This document shows positions 35,121-45,926 of a stretch of DNA of 64,000 nt, piece after piece (the first letter of the stretch is position 1; the number at the start of each line of letters is the position of its first letter). Position numbers and translations under genes: made by a program. The stretch covers positions 32,001 to 96,000 of the forward strand of contig JAZAMN010000050.1 in assembly GCA_036229005.1 (NCBI GenBank), written 5' to 3'. This stretch comes from Myxococcota bacterium. Its GTDB lineage: Bacteria; Myxococcota_A; UBA796; CAJQPC01. Under the pieces are notes generated by a model that saw nothing but the letters and a program-made list of their open reading frames with translations, had not been told where the DNA came from and did no database searches.

Positions 35121-35756
35121 GTGGAAGACCTTTCGCCCCGTCAGCAGGAGATCATGGAGTACGTCTCGGCGTGCTTCGACCAGCGCGGCATCGCGCCGTC
35201 GTACCGGGAGATCGGGGACGCGCTGGGCATCCGCTCCACCAACGGCGTCGCTGACCACGTCAAGGCGCTGATCCGCAAGGGCTACCTGGAGCGCGTCGGT
35301 GGCGCCGGGCGGGCGCGCAGTCTGCGCATGACCACCAAGGCCAAGGGCAACCTGCACGAAGAGGCGACGGTCGGTCTCCCGTTGCTGGGCCGGGTGGCCG
35401 CGGGCTCTCCGACCCTGGCGGTGGAAGATGCGGAGGAGATCGTGCGCGTGGACCGCAGCCTGGTGCCCGCTGGCAAGGCCTGCTTTGGCCTCCGGGTGCA
35501 CGGCGAGTCCATGATCGAGGACGGCATCCTGGACGGTGACATCGTGATCGTCCAGAAGCAGCCGGAGCTCCGCAACGGTCAGACCGGCGTGGTGATGGTG
35601 GACGGAGACGTCACGGTCAAGCGGGTCTACAAGGAGAAGGGCCTGCTGCGGCTGGTCCCGGCGAACTCCAGCATGGAGGACATCCTGGTGGATCCCGGCC
35701 TGAACCCCGAGGTCGTCGGGAAGGTCATCGCCCTGATCCGGCCCAACATCTACTGA
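35121..35756 (+). CDS. lexA: LexA repressor
   Basis: PSYREIG, LIRKGYL, cleavage site VAAG, catalytic GESM and VTVKR; GTG after GGAGG. Confidence 0.95.
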   Translation: MEDLSPRQQEIMEYVSACFDQRGIAPSYREIGDALGIRSTNGVADHVKALIRKGYLERVGGAGRARSLRMTTKAKGNLHEEATVGLPLLGRVAAGSPTLAVEDAEEIVRVDRSLVPAGKACFGLRVHGESMIEDGILDGDIVIVQKQPELRNGQTGVVMVDGDVTVKRVYKEKGLLRLVPANSSMEDILVDPGLNPEVVGKVIALIRPNIY

Positions 35757-35854
35757 GCCCCGGGCCTGGGCATCGCGCGGTCGGGTGTGGTGCTGGCAGG
35801 CATCTGGTGGGGGGCACTCCAGAGGCGGGAAGCGGCGGGCGGTAGACTCCCCAG

Positions 35855-37336
35855 ATGGAGCCTGCGCCCATTCCAGAACTCTCCTTGGAGCCCCGGCCGG
35901 CCGCGGGTCGTGGGCTGTTGGCGGAGCTCGCGGTGACGATGGGCTTGGGGGCGCTCGCGGTCGTCCTCCTCAACACCACGCTCTTCTGGCTGCTCGGACA
36001 GCAGCTGGAGCTGGAGCGCCGCGAGGAGCTGACCCGGGCATCGGCCACCGCGCTGGCCGCCCAGCTCGAGTTGGAGGGGAGCGTGGACCGGCAGGCCGCC
36101 ATGCTCCAGGCCTTCAACCAACAGGGACTGCAGCTACAGGAGCTTTGGCTCTACCGCCCGCAAGGGACGGACATCGTGGTGCTGGGCATGCCGCCTGGGG
36201 CACCGGACGAGGGGCTCAAGCAGGCCCTCAACATGGGGAGGGAACATGTGCGCGCTGCGCGGGGGGAGTCGGTGACCGTCACGGTGCCCGTGGGCATGGC
36301 CTCCGGCCAGGGGGCGCTGCGCGTCCAGGTCCGCAACGACGGGCACGGCCTGGTCTCGCCGGGGCTCGGGCTGGTCCTGAGCTTCTCGGTGGGGACGGGG
36401 CTGGCGCTCGCGCTGGGAGGCTTCGTGGTGGTGCGCCGGCGACTGCTCGCCCCTGTCCAGGCCCTCACGCGGGCCACGGAGCGCATCGCGGGGGGAGACT
36501 TCGGGCACACGACCCAGCTCCGGGCGGTGCGGGAGCTGGGCGACATGGCGGGCGCGCTGAACGTGATGTCGGTGTCCCTGGCGGCCTACCGCAGCCGGAC
36601 CCGGGAGCAGGTCGCCGATCTGGAGCAGGCCAACGCTGAGCTCAAGTCCGCGCAGGAGGAGCTGATCCGTGCTGCTCGGCTGGCGAGCGTGGGTGGGCTG
36701 GCCGCGGGCATCGCGCACGAGGTGGGCAACCCCCTGGCGGCGGTGGTCGGCTACACGGAGCTGCTGCTGGATGGGGTGGGGGACGCACAGGTCGAGCGGG
36801 ACCTGCTCTTGCGCACGCAGAAGGAGCTCGGGCGCATCCACGCCATCATCCGCCAACTATTGGACTACGCGCGGCCGACCCCGGGCCGGCGGGTCGAGCG
36901 GAGCGCGGTGGAGTGCATTCAGGACGCGCTGGCGACCGTGCAGCCCCTCCCTCGCTTTGCCGGGGTGTCTCTACGGAGTCGGGTGGAGCCCAGCCTGCCC
37001 GGCTTGGTGGAGGAGGAAGGGCGACTGCACCAGGTCCTCCTCAACCTGCTCCTGAACGCGCGGGATGCGATGGGAGGAGAAGGGACCGTGGTGCTGTACG
37101 CCAAGGCCCACCCCCTGGGGCTGGAGTTCGGCTGCCAGGACAGCGGACCCGGTTTCCCCGGCGAGGTCATCGGCAGGGTCTTCGAGCCCTTCGTGAGTAC
37201 CAAAGAGGCTGGCAAGGGCACCGGGCTTGGGCTTGCGACCTGCCAGCGCATCGTGGAGATGGCTGGAGGAGAGATCCAGGCCAGGAACCTGCCGCAGGGC
37301 GGCGCCGAGGTGAGCTTCACGTGGCCCGGCGCCTGA
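35855..37336 (+). CDS. Membrane sensor histidine kinase (HAMP-HisKA-HATPase)
   Basis: Two TMs; AGIAHEVGNPL, QVLLNLLLNARDA, DSGPG, FEPFVSTK, GTGLGL. Confidence 0.92.
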   Translation: MEPAPIPELSLEPRPAAGRGLLAELAVTMGLGALAVVLLNTTLFWLLGQQLELERREELTRASATALAAQLELEGSVDRQAAMLQAFNQQGLQLQELWLYRPQGTDIVVLGMPPGAPDEGLKQALNMGREHVRAARGESVTVTVPVGMASGQGALRVQVRNDGHGLVSPGLGLVLSFSVGTGLALALGGFVVVRRRLLAPVQALTRATERIAGGDFGHTTQLRAVRELGDMAGALNVMSVSLAAYRSRTREQVADLEQANAELKSAQEELIRAARLASVGGLAAGIAHEVGNPLAAVVGYTELLLDGVGDAQVERDLLLRTQKELGRIHAIIRQLLDYARPTPGRRVERSAVECIQDALATVQPLPRFAGVSLRSRVEPSLPGLVEEEGRLHQVLLNLLLNARDAMGGEGTVVLYAKAHPLGLEFGCQDSGPGFPGEVIGRVFEPFVSTKEAGKGTGLGLATCQRIVEMAGGEIQARNLPQGGAEVSFTWPGA

Positions 37337-38697
37337 ACATCTGGGCCACGTTGGTGGTGCTGCTCGCGCTGGGGCTTCGTCTCTGGCGTGCAGCGCTGCG
37401 CTGGGACGAGATCGCGCTGGCCTATGCGGCCTACATCCAGCCGGTGGTGGAGCAGGGCTGGGGCTTCGTGGGGCTGCACCCGCCGCTCTATGCCTGGATC
37501 CTGGAGCTGCTGGACAAGGCGTGGGGGGCGCCGGCGGCCTGGCTGATCTGGGGAGCGGTCTGCAGCACCGGAGCGGTAGCGCTGTTGGCCTACCGGGTGC
37601 ACCCGCTGCCGGCCCTGGTGTTGGCCCTTGATCCCTTCCAACTCGCCTACGCGGCCGAAGTGAACAACTACCCGCTGCTCTGCTTCGCGGTCGCGTGGAT
37701 CGTGGTGGCCCGGCACCGGCTGGAGCAGGGCGGGCACTGGGTGTGGCTGGTGCTCGCGGGCCTGGTTGCGAGCTGGACGCATCTGCTGGGCGGGTGGATC
37801 GCGGGGATCGCGTGGCTCACCCTGGGCCCGCGCCGCTGGCGCCTGGTGCTGCTGGGACTGGGGACGCTCTTGGTTGGAGCGCTGCCTTTCTGGGGGCCGG
37901 TGACCGCGCTGATGGGGCTGGAGACCACGCGCTCACAGGGTGGACTGGAGCTGCGCACCCTCTGGGAGCGGCTCTGGCCGGTCGCGGGGCCCACTGTGGG
38001 GCTGTTCGTGGTGGCGCTGGGGGCGCTGCGCCGCTGGGAGGGCCAGCTCTTCGCGGGCTGCCTTTTGGGGCTGGTGCTGGCGCTGGTCGGGGGCGCGGCG
38101 GCGTCCCATCAGCTTCCCTACTGGGTGGTGCTCGGTGCCCCCGCTGCGGTGGCTGTCTGGCGGGTGCTGCCTTGGGCGACGGTGCTCCTTGCCGGGGTGG
38201 GGGCCATGCAGACGCTCCCTGGAGAGCTGGAGCGCACCCAGCGGCTCCGGGCGGATCTCGCGCGGACGCGGGCGATCGACGTGGCCCTGCGCAGCGTCCC
38301 GCCGGACTGGCCCCTCTGGCTGGTCTCGCCCGCCTGGCTCACGGACGATGACAAGACCGCCACCAGCGATGTGCTCTGGCGCTTCTCGCCCTTCCGGCCC
38401 ATGCCGGCGGTGACCAACCTGCACGACTACGTCGATCCCCGGGCCGGCCAGCCGCGGCGGATGCAGGGGCGCATCGTCCACACCAGCGTCAACCTGGAGA
38501 CCCTGGTGGTGCACCCGGTGATCCGGCAGCACCTGGAGCGCTACGGGGGTGTGGGCATCGTGCTCTACGACCACGGCTACGCGAACGACTACCCGGGGAT
38601 GGTGAAGTCCGCGCTGCGGCCCTTCGACCCCACCTGCACCTGGATCGGAGACGACGTCGGCATCGGCCAGGACCTCTTCTGCGAGGTGCGGCGATGA
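37321..38697 (+). CDS. Polytopic membrane protein, GT-C (PMT/ArnT-like) glycosyltransferase
   Basis: First-loop WDE, LHPPLY, YAAEVNNY, many TMs; GTG at 37321 after GAGGTG. Confidence 0.65.
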   Translation: MARRLNIWATLVVLLALGLRLWRAALRWDEIALAYAAYIQPVVEQGWGFVGLHPPLYAWILELLDKAWGAPAAWLIWGAVCSTGAVALLAYRVHPLPALVLALDPFQLAYAAEVNNYPLLCFAVAWIVVARHRLEQGGHWVWLVLAGLVASWTHLLGGWIAGIAWLTLGPRRWRLVLLGLGTLLVGALPFWGPVTALMGLETTRSQGGLELRTLWERLWPVAGPTVGLFVVALGALRRWEGQLFAGCLLGLVLALVGGAAASHQLPYWVVLGAPAAVAVWRVLPWATVLLAGVGAMQTLPGELERTQRLRADLARTRAIDVALRSVPPDWPLWLVSPAWLTDDDKTATSDVLWRFSPFRPMPAVTNLHDYVDPRAGQPRRMQGRIVHTSVNLETLVVHPVIRQHLERYGGVGIVLYDHGYANDYPGMVKSALRPFDPTCTWIGDDVGIGQDLFCEVRR

Positions 38698-40154
38698 GCC
38701 CCGACTGGCTGGCCGGCTGGCCGCTGCTGCCCCTGTCCGGGATGCTGCTCGGGGGGCTCTGGCGGCAGCGGGCGCTGATCCGGGACGGGCGCTTCTGGGC
38801 GGTGGTGGGGCTCGCGCTCCTGGTGTCCGCTGTGGTGATGCCCCTGGGGCGGCACATCTTCGACGGGCACGAGGCCGAGTATCTGGACATCGCGCTGGGA
38901 AGGCAGCCCCTGGACGGGGGCAACACCTACCGGCTGCCGGCGATGCAGTGGCTCTACCGGGGCCTGGGGACCGTGCTGCCCTTCCCATGGGCCCTGCAGG
39001 GCTTCGTGCTCCTGTGCACGGCGCTGGGTGTGGGGGCCGCCAGCTCCACCGCTGCGCGGCTGGTCTCCGCTCGGGTGGGGTGGGCGACGGGGATCACCTT
39101 GGCGCTGTGGGGGAACCTCGCCGCCTGGTCCAGCTCGATCTACAACGTGGCGTTGCCCTGGGCGCTGGGGAGTGTGGCGCTGTGGGGGCTCTCCCTGGTC
39201 CTGGACCCGGAGGAGGACGCGCTCGGGGGAGCCCTGGTCGCTGGGGGCGCGGCCGGGCTGGCGGTCTGCTTCCGTGTCGAGGCCCTGCTGCTCGCGCCGG
39301 TGGGGGGGCTGCTGCTGTTGACCCACGGGTGTCCTCGCTGGCGCCACTGGGGGTTGCCCCTGTTTGTGGGGCTGGGCATCGCGGGGGTGAGCACCTGGGT
39401 GCTGCTGTCCGCGGGGCTGGCCCCGGGCAGCGGCGAGCGGCCCTTGAGCCTCTACAACAACATGGCCTTGTTCATCTACTTCGAGCCCTTCCAGCGCCCG
39501 TGGGTGCTGCCCGGTGTCCTGGTGGGCCTGGGGATCGGGCTCTGGGAGCGCTGGCGTGTCTACCTCCCGCTGGCCCTGGGCGTGGTGCTGCTCCACTGCG
39601 TGATGGCCAGCTTCAACGACTACGCCACCCGGCACGTTTTGAACGCGGGGCTGGCCCTGAGCATGTGCCTCGGCGCCCTCTCGCTGCGGCGCTGGGCCTG
39701 GCCTCTCTTGTTGGTGGCTGGGGTGGGCCTGCTCGTCTCGCTGGGGGATTTGCGCCACCGTTTCTATGCGGAGGAGGAGCTGCTCGCGCAGGAGCTGGAT
39801 CCACACCTCCCGGTCATCGGAGTGGACGAACTGGACCCTGGCTGCGCCCTCATCTGCGAGGACACGCGGGTGGTGCCGGAGGGGGAGCAGCGCTCGCATT
39901 TCAACCTCTTGGACCCGCAGCAGGTGCGCCAGATGAACGACCAGCAGGGCTGCGTGCTCTGGCTCTACGGGGTGCAGGACCATCGGTGGTCCTCCCGGGC
40001 CGTGCGGGACCGCGCGCTGCGCATCGAGCGGCTCTACGAGACGGAGCCGGTGGCCGTGGTGATGGAACCAGAAGGCGGCTACGTTGCTCTGGTGATGCGT
40101 GTGGGTCAGCGCAACAAGTGGCCGCGGGCAACCCCGGTGCGCAAGATCCCTTGA
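38694..40154 (+). CDS. Polytopic membrane protein, probable GT-C fold
   Basis: About 11 TMs, acidic first-loop motif FDGHEAEY, soluble C-terminal domain; overlaps the upstream stop (ATGA). Confidence 0.55.
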   Translation: MSPDWLAGWPLLPLSGMLLGGLWRQRALIRDGRFWAVVGLALLVSAVVMPLGRHIFDGHEAEYLDIALGRQPLDGGNTYRLPAMQWLYRGLGTVLPFPWALQGFVLLCTALGVGAASSTAARLVSARVGWATGITLALWGNLAAWSSSIYNVALPWALGSVALWGLSLVLDPEEDALGGALVAGGAAGLAVCFRVEALLLAPVGGLLLLTHGCPRWRHWGLPLFVGLGIAGVSTWVLLSAGLAPGSGERPLSLYNNMALFIYFEPFQRPWVLPGVLVGLGIGLWERWRVYLPLALGVVLLHCVMASFNDYATRHVLNAGLALSMCLGALSLRRWAWPLLLVAGVGLLVSLGDLRHRFYAEEELLAQELDPHLPVIGVDELDPGCALICEDTRVVPEGEQRSHFNLLDPQQVRQMNDQQGCVLWLYGVQDHRWSSRAVRDRALRIERLYETEPVAVVMEPEGGYVALVMRVGQRNKWPRATPVRKIP

Positions 40155-40166
40155 GTCCAGAGGCAG

Positions 40167-43127
40167 ATGTCGGACCCGACTCACATCCTTGAAGCTCTGC
40201 GGGCGCTCTCTCGGCGAGAGCGGCTCTTTGTGGCTGCGCGCGTGGGGCTCGCTTTGCTGGCGGCGCTGCTCCTGCTCTGGCTGGGGGCGATGGGAGCTGC
40301 CGCGGCTGGGCTCTCGCGCTGGGTGACCCGGTTCGCGCTGCTGATTCCTTTGCTGAGCGGGGTCGGGTTGGCCGCGGCCCTGCTGCTACGGCGCTGGCGG
40401 CTCGCCGGCGATGTGGTGCACCAGGCCCAGGCGGTCGAGGCGGTGAGGCCCCAACTCCGGGGATTGATCACGCCCCTGGCCGAGCACCCCCTGGGGCCCG
40501 AGCCCGGGCAGAGCGCGTCCATCTTCGGGCTGCTGGTCGAGAACGTCCAACAGGGCCTGCGGCAGGTCTCTGTGCGGGCCGTCCACCCGCCAAGGCTGGG
40601 GCTCCCCATCGGCGGTCTGGCGCTCGCGCTGCTGGCCTTCGTGGTCGGTGCGGTGCTCTCGCCGCTGAGCCCGGCGCAGACCCTGGCGTGGCTGGCTGGC
40701 GGTCGCGTTCAGTGGCTGGCGGAGCAGGATCTGGACGCCCTGCAGGACGCCCAGAAGGTCCGGGTTGGCGATCTGTCGCTGCGCTACGAGTACCCGGCCT
40801 ACACCCGGCTCCCTCCGCTGGAGGTGCCCAACGCCAGCGGCGAGATCCACGGTCCGCCGGGGACGCGGGTGCAGATCTCAGCGCGCACCGACGAGCGCTA
40901 CGACAGCGTGCTGGTGCAGTCCTACGATCTGCCGCCCCAGGAGGCGGTACTCACGGACCGCAGCTTCCAGGGGGAGCTGGTGATCCTGGAGGACGGGAGC
41001 TGGCGGGCGGTGTTCCAGCGGGGCGCGGAGGTGCAGAGCACTCGGGAGTTCGCCATCGTCTCCGAGTCCGATGACGCGCCCGTGGTCGAGCTGCTGGCCG
41101 AGGGCCGCGGGATCGAGGTGGAGCTGGATGACCCCATCGTGGTGGAGTGGAGCGCGCGGGACGACTTCGGCATCAGCCAGGTCTACCTGGAGGGCAACAA
41201 GCGTCAGTTGGAGCTGCTCGCGGCCCCAGTGGGGGAGCCCGCCGAGCTCAAGGACCGCGTCGAGACGACCGCCAAGGAGCTGGGGCTGCGGCCCGGTTCG
41301 GAGACCGCCCTGCGCGTGGTCGCCGTGGACAACGACGGCGTCGCCCTCCAGAAAGCCGGCTACAGCCGGGTCTTCATGGTCCGGGTCAAGGGGGAGGGGC
41401 AGCAGGAGCAGCGGCAGCAGGTGGCCTACCGCAAGGAACTGCGGGACGCCCTGGTGCAGGTGCTGGGCCCCTACAAGCGGGACCCCCGGACCTTGGCGTC
41501 TGACCGCGCGGAGCTCGGGAGCTGGGCCCGCGAGGCCTCCGAGCGCTTCGGCCCCCTCAACACCTTGGTCGCCACCCGCTGGGAGGGCGACGACCTGCGC
41601 ACCCTGGAGGGCCGCATCATCGAGGAGGTCCAGTACGAGGGCCAGGAGCTGCTGCGCTTCGCCATGGAGCTGTCCGTGGGCGAGGGGCCGCTCGACCCTC
41701 AGGACCTGGAGTCGGTGCATGCCCGCCACGAGGGGCTGATGGCGGTGATGGAGACCTACGTGCTCATGCTGGACCGCATCGTGCGCTACCAGGGCATGGG
41801 GCTGCTCAAGGAGCAGGTCCAGCAGATGGAGCGGACGGCCTTCCAGGCGGCGACCGCGGCGGAGCTGGCAGACGCCGAGGGGCTGACCGCGAGCCGGGAG
41901 GCCCTCAGCGCGCAGGTGACCGAGCTCAAGGAGCTCGCGCTGGAGGTTGACAACGGCACCGTGGCCGGCATGGTCCACCAGACCACCGGGGACCTGGAGC
42001 AGCTCCTGGAGGCCGCGGAGCGGGCGCAGTCCGCGGGGGACCTGGAGCGGGCAGGGGAGCTGATGGAGTGGGCGCAGCAGGAGCTCGAGCGCTTGCGGCG
42101 CAACCTCGAGAGCTGGCAGCAGGCCCTCCAGGAGATGAACGAGGGCGAGAGCGAGGCGCTGCGCAAGCTGATCGAGGAGCTGGAGCGCATCGAGGCTGAG
42201 GAGCGCGCCCTGCTGTCCGAGACCCAGGGGCTGCGCGCCGCTCAGGGCGTGGATGACGCGGACTGGAGCGCAACCTGGGACGAGCTGGCCAAGCTGGCGG
42301 CCTCCGCCAGGAGGCGGGCGGAGCAGGCCAAGGCGCAGACCAAGAACGCGAGCGGGCATGAGCAGCGCTCCCTGGATGCGGCGATCCAGGCCGCCATTCG
42401 GCTGGAGGAGGCCATCGCGGCGCGGGATGTGCGGGGGGCTCAGGTAGCCTCGGCGGCGGCCCGCAGGCAGCTCCAGGACGCCGGCATGTCCATGCGCTTC
42501 TACCAGCGGCCGCAGTCGCGGGTCAGCAGCCTGGAGACCGCCTCGGAGGAGGCCTGGGAGGTGCGCCTGCGCCTGGACGCCCTGGACCGGCGCACCCAGC
42601 AGGGCAACCCTGGCCTGGCCAAGGCGCTGGGCCAGAAGGTGGCCACCCAGGACGGACTGCGGGAGGACACCGAGAAGACCCAGCCCGTCGCGGCGGAGCT
42701 GGCCGGCAAGCTGCCCGGTGGGGCCCCCGGGCTCGAAGAGAACCTGGACGCGGCGGTCCGGGAGATGGCCAAGGCCGAGGACGCGCTGGTGGAGGGCCTG
42801 CCCCTGGCCGCGGAGGGCGCCGAGGAGGCCGCGGCCGACCGGATCCGCCTGGCTCTGGAGTCCCTGCAGCAGTCCGCTGCGGCCAGCGCGCAGACGGGCG
42901 CCGAGATGGGGGGAAGCTCCGAGGGGCAGGGCGGAGAGCCCGACGGCAGCGGCTCCGGGGAGGCCTTCGGTGGGGAGCCCAACCCCATCATGGAGCTGCC
43001 AGAGCCCGAGCGGGATGTGGACATCGCCCGCTACCGGCGGGAGCTGATGCAGGGCATGGAGGGGGACGTCCCCGACGAGTACGAGGCGCTCAAGCGGAGG
43101 TACTATGAAGAGCTCGTCCGCCAGTAG
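40167..43127 (+). CDS. DUF4175-like membrane-anchored coiled-coil protein
   Basis: Three N-terminal TMs, YPAYT, ARDDFGI, AVDNDG, long coiled coil, C-terminal VPDEYEALKRRYYEEL. Confidence 0.75.
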   Translation: MSDPTHILEALRALSRRERLFVAARVGLALLAALLLLWLGAMGAAAAGLSRWVTRFALLIPLLSGVGLAAALLLRRWRLAGDVVHQAQAVEAVRPQLRGLITPLAEHPLGPEPGQSASIFGLLVENVQQGLRQVSVRAVHPPRLGLPIGGLALALLAFVVGAVLSPLSPAQTLAWLAGGRVQWLAEQDLDALQDAQKVRVGDLSLRYEYPAYTRLPPLEVPNASGEIHGPPGTRVQISARTDERYDSVLVQSYDLPPQEAVLTDRSFQGELVILEDGSWRAVFQRGAEVQSTREFAIVSESDDAPVVELLAEGRGIEVELDDPIVVEWSARDDFGISQVYLEGNKRQLELLAAPVGEPAELKDRVETTAKELGLRPGSETALRVVAVDNDGVALQKAGYSRVFMVRVKGEGQQEQRQQVAYRKELRDALVQVLGPYKRDPRTLASDRAELGSWAREASERFGPLNTLVATRWEGDDLRTLEGRIIEEVQYEGQELLRFAMELSVGEGPLDPQDLESVHARHEGLMAVMETYVLMLDRIVRYQGMGLLKEQVQQMERTAFQAATAAELADAEGLTASREALSAQVTELKELALEVDNGTVAGMVHQTTGDLEQLLEAAERAQSAGDLERAGELMEWAQQELERLRRNLESWQQALQEMNEGESEALRKLIEELERIEAEERALLSETQGLRAAQGVDDADWSATWDELAKLAASARRRAEQAKAQTKNASGHEQRSLDAAIQAAIRLEEAIAARDVRGAQVASAAARRQLQDAGMSMRFYQRPQSRVSSLETASEEAWEVRLRLDALDRRTQQGNPGLAKALGQKVATQDGLREDTEKTQPVAAELAGKLPGGAPGLEENLDAAVREMAKAEDALVEGLPLAAEGAEEAAADRIRLALESLQQSAAASAQTGAEMGGSSEGQGGEPDGSGSGEAFGGEPNPIMELPEPERDVDIARYRRELMQGMEGDVPDEYEALKRRYYEELVRQ

Positions 43128-44904
43128 GGGGCTGCTGCGCGCTCTGGCCCTCGCCCTGCTCTTTGCGGGCGGTGGGGTCGCCCGCGCAGCGGATCTGGAG
43201 AGGGGATTCCAGTGCCTCGCCTGGACCGACCTGCCCTGCGCGGTGGAGGAGGCCAAGGGGGCTGACGGTACAGTGACCGGCACCCTGCTGCAGGCCCGCG
43301 TCGCCTTCCACCAAGGAGACTTCGAGCAGGCCGTGGCGCTCTCGGGGAGCGTGCTGGATCGCGCTGCCGAGGTGGACCTGGAGGCGGTGGACCCCGTTGT
43401 CCCACCGCGCATCGGCTTGGATCTGGAGAGCCTCTCGGGTGGCCGCCTCGCGCGCTACCGCAGCATCGGGGTGGAGATCCCGCAGGCCGGCGGCGACGAG
43501 CCCCCCAAGGTCACCCTCCAGCAGGACCGCAGCCCCGAGGAGGACTTCGAGCTGCTGCGCGCCTGGATGGAGGAGCAGCACGGGCTCTATCTGGCGTCCC
43601 TGGAGTCGTCGGATGGGCTTGTGGTCACGCAGTACGGCCCGGTCGAGGTCCTGCACCACCCCGGCATCGAGCGCATCCTGGTGCTCCAGGCGGCCGAGGC
43701 CATCACGCTGGCCCGCGAGCGCATCGCCCCGCTGTTGGGAGGCCCCGTCCCCGGGACCGTGCGGGTGGAGATCTACCCGGATCGCTCGGACTTCATCGCT
43801 GCGACGGGCATGCCCGCGGGCTCGGTGAACACCACGGGGGTCGTCGCGATCTCCAAGTGGAACCGGCTGTTGCTGCTCTCGCCGCGGGCGCTGGGGGACG
43901 GCTACGGCTGGCGCGACACGCTGGTCCACGAGTGGATCCACATGGTGGTCAGCTACCACGCCAAGGACCGCGCCCCGATCTGGCTCCAGGAGGGCCTGGC
44001 CAAGGGCACGGAGATGCTCTGGCGGCAGGACGGGTTCTCGCTGGAGATCTCCAAGCAGTCGCTGCTCGCGGGGGCCCTCAAGACCGACCAATGGGTGACC
44101 TTCGAGCAGATGCACCCGTCCATGGCCTACCTGCCCTCCGCGGAGATGGCGGGGCTGGCCTACGCCGAGGTCGCGACCATGGTCGAATACCTGCAGCTCC
44201 AGACCGACCGGCAGGTACTCACGCGGGTCATCGCGCGGGTGCGCAAGGGGGAGGACGCCCAGGACGCGGTCGCGAACGAGGCCAACGGCGGCGACTTTCA
44301 GGCCTTCTGGGAGGGCTGGAAGGGGTGGCTGCGCACCCTGGACCTGGTCGGCGAGAAGGTCGCGCTGAGCGCCGTCGGGGAGCACATGGAGGGTGCGCCG
44401 GACGCCATCGGCGGCGAGGGCTCCGAGGACGTGGGCTACGACCCCGTGCTCTCGCGGCGCAAGGACCTGGCCAACCGGGCCCGCCTGGGCGAACTCATGG
44501 CCGAGCAGGGGGACCACGCCGCCGCCATCCTGTACTTCCAGGAGGCCATGCCCGAGGGAGAGCCCGCCAGCCCCGCTGTGGTCGCCTCGCTCGCCGAGAG
44601 CCTGATCGTCCTGGAGCGGGAGCAGGAGGCGCTGGATCTCTTGCGTGAGAACCTCCGGTACTACCCCGAAGAATCCCGGACCCAGACACTCGCTGGCGAT
44701 CTGTTGTCCAAGCGAGGACAGACTGAGCAGGCCCTGGCGGCCTACGAGGCTGCGGCCGAAGTGAACCCCTTTGACGTCCACGTGCAGCGCTCCCTGATGG
44801 GCCTGTACAAGCAGAGCGGAGCGCGGGAGGACGCCGCGGCGACCGCGCTGGTGCTGGACATCCTGACCTACCGAGAGCTGGATTCCAGCGTGGAGAGCCG
44901 TTGA
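43105..44904 (+). CDS. Secreted gluzincin (Peptidase MA-like) metallopeptidase with TPR repeats
   Basis: Signal peptide; TLVHEWIH...PIWLQEGLA, LAYAE; C-terminal TPRs. Confidence 0.8.
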   Translation: MKSSSASRGLLRALALALLFAGGGVARAADLERGFQCLAWTDLPCAVEEAKGADGTVTGTLLQARVAFHQGDFEQAVALSGSVLDRAAEVDLEAVDPVVPPRIGLDLESLSGGRLARYRSIGVEIPQAGGDEPPKVTLQQDRSPEEDFELLRAWMEEQHGLYLASLESSDGLVVTQYGPVEVLHHPGIERILVLQAAEAITLARERIAPLLGGPVPGTVRVEIYPDRSDFIAATGMPAGSVNTTGVVAISKWNRLLLLSPRALGDGYGWRDTLVHEWIHMVVSYHAKDRAPIWLQEGLAKGTEMLWRQDGFSLEISKQSLLAGALKTDQWVTFEQMHPSMAYLPSAEMAGLAYAEVATMVEYLQLQTDRQVLTRVIARVRKGEDAQDAVANEANGGDFQAFWEGWKGWLRTLDLVGEKVALSAVGEHMEGAPDAIGGEGSEDVGYDPVLSRRKDLANRARLGELMAEQGDHAAAILYFQEAMPEGEPASPAVVASLAESLIVLEREQEALDLLRENLRYYPEESRTQTLAGDLLSKRGQTEQALAAYEAAAEVNPFDVHVQRSLMGLYKQSGAREDAAATALVLDILTYRELDSSVESR

Positions 44905-45926
44905 TGGAGAGCGCACCTTTGAGCCCCGGGGCCATGGACGACGCGCAGGTGCTGGCCGAGATCAAGGCCACCCGCGAGCGCCTGCTGGAGCAGATCGGCA
45001 AGGTCGTCGTGGGGCAGCAGCGCGTGGTGGAGCTGATGCTGACGGCGCTGTTCGCGCAGGGCCACTGCCTGTTCGTGGGCGTGCCCGGCCTGGCCAAGAC
45101 CCTGCTGGTGTCCACGACCGCGCAGGCGCTGGGGCTGGAGTTCAACCGCATCCAGTTCACCCCGGACCTGATGCCGGCGGACATCACGGGCACCGAGATC
45201 CTGGAGGAGGACCGCAGCACCGGGCAGCGCAAGATGCGCTTTCTGCAGGGCCCCGTGTTCACGAACCTGCTGCTGGCCGACGAGATCAACCGAACCCCGC
45301 CCAAGACCCAGGCCGCGCTGCTGCAGGCCATGCAGGAGCGCGTGGTCAGCGTCGGCGGGCGGCACCTGCCGCTGGAGGCGCCCTTCCAGGTCTTCGCCAC
45401 CCAGAACCCCATCGAGCAGGAGGGCACCTACCCCCTGCCCGAGGCCCAGCTCGACCGCTTCATGCTGAGCATCCACGTGGGCTACCCCACGGAGGAGGAG
45501 GAGCGCGAGATCGTGCGCCGGACCACGATGGGGGCCATGGCGAGCGTCCAGGCCGTGGTCTCCCAGACCCTGCTGCTGCGCATGCAGGAGGTGGTGCGGA
45601 AGGTGGAGGTCGGCTCGCCGGTGATCGATGCGGCCGTGCGTCTGGCGCGCGCCACCCGCCCCGGACCCGAGGCGCCTGCCGCCACCCGCCAGTGGGTGCA
45701 GTGGGGGGCGGGGCCGCGGGCCAGCCAGTACCTCGTGCTCGGCGCGAAGGCCTGGGCCGCCATGCAGCGGGGCGCAGGTCCAGAGGGTGGGGCCGCCCGG
45801 GTCGAAGACCTCAAGGCCGTCGCGGAGGCCGTGCTGCAGCACCGCGTGCTCCTGAACTTCCAGGCCGAGGCCGCCGGCGTGAAGCCCGCCAAGGTCATCT
45901 CCGAGCTGGTGAGCGAGCTGCTGTGA
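44904..45926 (+). CDS. moxR: MoxR-family AAA+ ATPase
   Basis: GVPGLAKT, RIQFTPDLMPADITG, LLADEINRTPPKTQAALL, ATQNPIEQEGTYPLPEAQLDRF. Confidence 0.95.
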   Translation: MESAPLSPGAMDDAQVLAEIKATRERLLEQIGKVVVGQQRVVELMLTALFAQGHCLFVGVPGLAKTLLVSTTAQALGLEFNRIQFTPDLMPADITGTEILEEDRSTGQRKMRFLQGPVFTNLLLADEINRTPPKTQAALLQAMQERVVSVGGRHLPLEAPFQVFATQNPIEQEGTYPLPEAQLDRFMLSIHVGYPTEEEEREIVRRTTMGAMASVQAVVSQTLLLRMQEVVRKVEVGSPVIDAAVRLARATRPGPEAPAATRQWVQWGAGPRASQYLVLGAKAWAAMQRGAGPEGGAARVEDLKAVAEAVLQHRVLLNFQAEAAGVKPAKVISELVSELL